Assembly (NCBI GenBank): GCA_902619595.1
Contig: CACNFE010000006.1
Coordinates: 3,194 to 67,193, forward strand
Source: an uncultured Pelagibacteraceae bacterium
Lineage (GTDB): Bacteria; Pseudomonadota; Alphaproteobacteria; Pelagibacterales; Pelagibacteraceae
Length of the DNA stretch: 64,000 nucleotides
Direction of reading: 5' to 3'
In this document: positions 62,283 through 64,000 of the stretch, one piece after another
How the letters are laid out: each line of letters opens with the position of its first letter
How positions within the stretch are numbered: the stretch's first letter is position 1
The notes under the pieces: model-generated
Databases searched by the model: none
Seen by the model: the letters and a program-made list of their open reading frames with translations, nothing else
What the model was told of the DNA's origin: nothing
Translations under genes and position numbers: made by a program

Positions 62283-63230
62283 TCAAGTTTTTATAGTGTC
62301 CTCTTGAACTAATATTTTATTTAAATTTGAGCTTTTATGAGTAATTAAGGTTTCAGTAATATACTTATTTCCTTTTCTTTTAACTCCATTGACAAGATCA
62401 CCAGATGTTATACCGGTTGCACAAAATATCGAGTCTCCTTTAATAATATCTTTTATCTCATATTTTTTACTAATATCTGTAATACCCATAGTTTTAGCTC
62501 TGTTGATACTTTCTTCAGTATCAAATAAAAACTTACCCTGAAAATAACATCCAATCGAGTCTAACGCTGCAGCAGCCAGAACACCCTCGGGACCACCGCC
62601 AATACCCAAAAATATATCGACTTTGTATTTTTTGTTAGACACAAGCAACGCACCTGAGACATCACCATCACTAATAAGTTTTATTTTAACTTTTAGTTCT
62701 TTTAATTTATCAATTATTTTTTTATGTCTTGGCCTATCTAAAATACAAGCTGTCAATTGTTTTATGTCTTTATTTAAGAATTCAGCTAAATTTTTAATAT
62801 TTTTTTCCGTATCAAAGTCGATATCTACAATTCCTTTTTGGTTTGTATTTATAGCAATTTTATCCATATATGTTTCAGGTGCATGAAACAAATTATTGGC
62901 CTGAGAAACAGCAATTACAGATAAAGCGCCGGGCAAATTATTAGCAGCAAAATTTGTGCCTTCAAGTGGATCAACAGCTATATCTAAATCTGGACCTTTA
63001 CCATTTCCTAATTTTTCACCTATATATAACATTGGTGCTTCATCTAACTCACCCTCACCAATCACTATTGTACCTCTCATGTTAATTTTATTAAGTTCAC
63101 TTCTCATATTATCTACGGCTGCTTTGTCAGCAGCTTCTTTATCTTTTTTACCCAAATAAGGAATTGTTGAAATTGCTGCTCTTGAGGTAATTTTTGCGAA
63201 TAGATTTATATATTTTTCGTCTAAACTCAT
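62283..63230 (-). CDS. glpX: Class II fructose-1,6-bisphosphatase
   Basis: VIGEGELDEAPML, AVDPLEGT, YMDKI, DGDV, GIGGGPEGV, ATGITSG. Confidence 0.95.
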   Translation of the reverse strand: MSLDEKYINLFAKITSRAAISTIPYLGKKDKEAADKAAVDNMRSELNKINMRGTIVIGEGELDEAPMLYIGEKLGNGKGPDLDIAVDPLEGTNFAANNLPGALSVIAVSQANNLFHAPETYMDKIAINTNQKGIVDIDFDTEKNIKNLAEFLNKDIKQLTACILDRPRHKKIIDKLKELKVKIKLISDGDVSGALLVSNKKYKVDIFLGIGGGPEGVLAAAALDSIGCYFQGKFLFDTEESINRAKTMGITDISKKYEIKDIIKGDSIFCATGITSGDLVNGVKRKGNKYITETLITHKSSNLNKILVQEDTIKT

Positions 63231-64000
63231 TGAGCTTGTGTTTCAATTTTATTTTGAGCTTTTAATTTAGCCTCAAACTCATTAAGTCTTTTCCAAACAG
63301 AAATTAATTCTACTATAATTGGCCAACTTCTAACTAAATATTGTAATGATGTTTCAACACGTCCAAAGGCTCTTATAATTTGTTGAACAAATCCTAATGT
63401 AATAGCACCTGTTACAATTGTTGGAGCTAAAGCTAAATATGGAACAATTACCATACCCTGAAGGTAGCTCCACTTTACAGCGTTAAAATATAAATAATGA
63501 AAATACATTTTGTAATGTATTTTTCTAACACCACCATAAAGATCTGTTATTTTTTGTGGTTTCGCATTCTCTTTAAAGTCTTCACCTAAAACTAATTCTT
63601 TTCTATATGCAGCCTCCTCTTTTTGAATATCGTATTCAATTCCAGGCAGTTTGATTCCAACTGATGCTAAAAGCACTGTACCACCCAATGCTGATATAAT
63701 TGCAACCCATACTAAAGCATGTTCAACTTCACCAATCCAAGGGAGCACAGTTATACTTTTTGAAAGCTCCCACAATATTGGAGTAAAAGCTATCAAGGTC
63801 ATTAAGCTACGCAACAATTCAGCACCTAAACCCTCCATTATTCTTGCAAATTTTAATGTATCCTCTTGAACTCGTTGCGAAGCTCCCTCTATAGAGGATG
63901 CTTTATCCCAAGCGTCATGATAAAAACCTGCCATTGCGGTTCTCCATCTAAAAGTCCAATGGCTTGTAAAATAATCACTAAAAATTACAACCAGAATATA
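63227..64000 (-). CDS. SbmA/BacA-like peptide transporter, C-terminal part (runs off window end)
   Basis: Frame open to 64000; FRWRTAM, IEGASQRVQEDT, EAAYRKELV, IVELISV.KRL motifs. Confidence 0.88.
   Translation of the reverse strand, partial: YILVVIFSDYFTSHWTFRWRTAMAGFYHDAWDKASSIEGASQRVQEDTLKFARIMEGLGAELLRSLMTLIAFTPILWELSKSITVLPWIGEVEHALVWVAIISALGGTVLLASVGIKLPGIEYDIQKEEAAYRKELVLGEDFKENAKPQKITDLYGGVRKIHYKMYFHYLYFNAVKWSYLQGMVIVPYLALAPTIVTGAITLGFVQQIIRAFGRVETSLQYLVRSWPIIVELISVWKRLNEFEAKLKAQNKIETQAQ

Noticed and set aside
358-63869. Many 60-120 aa ORFs antisense to or nested in core genes (e.g. 1563-1895, 29128-29484, 41501-41791, 51684-52004)
   Set aside because: They are shadow frames of well-supported genes with no recognisable motifs.
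1-64000. CRISPR arrays, IS elements, rRNA genes
   Set aside because: No spaced direct repeats, transposase ORFs or rRNA-like sequence were seen.

Overview
AT-rich, very gene-dense bacterial chromosome segment. Gene content and order (gatCAB, soxBDAG, dapA-smpB-folK-rsh-pyrE-pdxJ-acpS-lepB-rnc-recO, rpiB-glyA-nrdR-rib-nusB-thiL, hppA, plsX-ihfA, metY/rplM-rpsI) and tiny spacers point to a streamlined marine alphaproteobacterium, most likely SAR11/Pelagibacterales (inference). About 70 CDS and two tRNAs (Ser-GCT, Glu-TTC). Most of the window is core housekeeping. The most unusual part is 54.1-56.5 kb. It holds a 370 bp non-coding gap, a ~210 nt GC-rich structured RNA directly upstream of a minimal O6-methylguanine methyltransferase, two unannotated small membrane ORFs, and a lone Cre-like tyrosine recombinase. 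A 14-7-14 inverted repeat (lox/dif-like) ends 3 bp before the recombinase start codon. Gene orientation switches from mostly + to mostly - at this point, which suggests a single-recombinase chromosome-dimer resolution module at the replication terminus. A small surface-glycan cassette follows. Other points: a TrmR-like O-methyltransferase coupled to trhO, a doubly frameshifted ugd, a PyrC-like protein missing its metal ligands, a shortened Rel/SpoT and several probable leaderless genes. All calls come from reading motifs by eye; no database searches were run.
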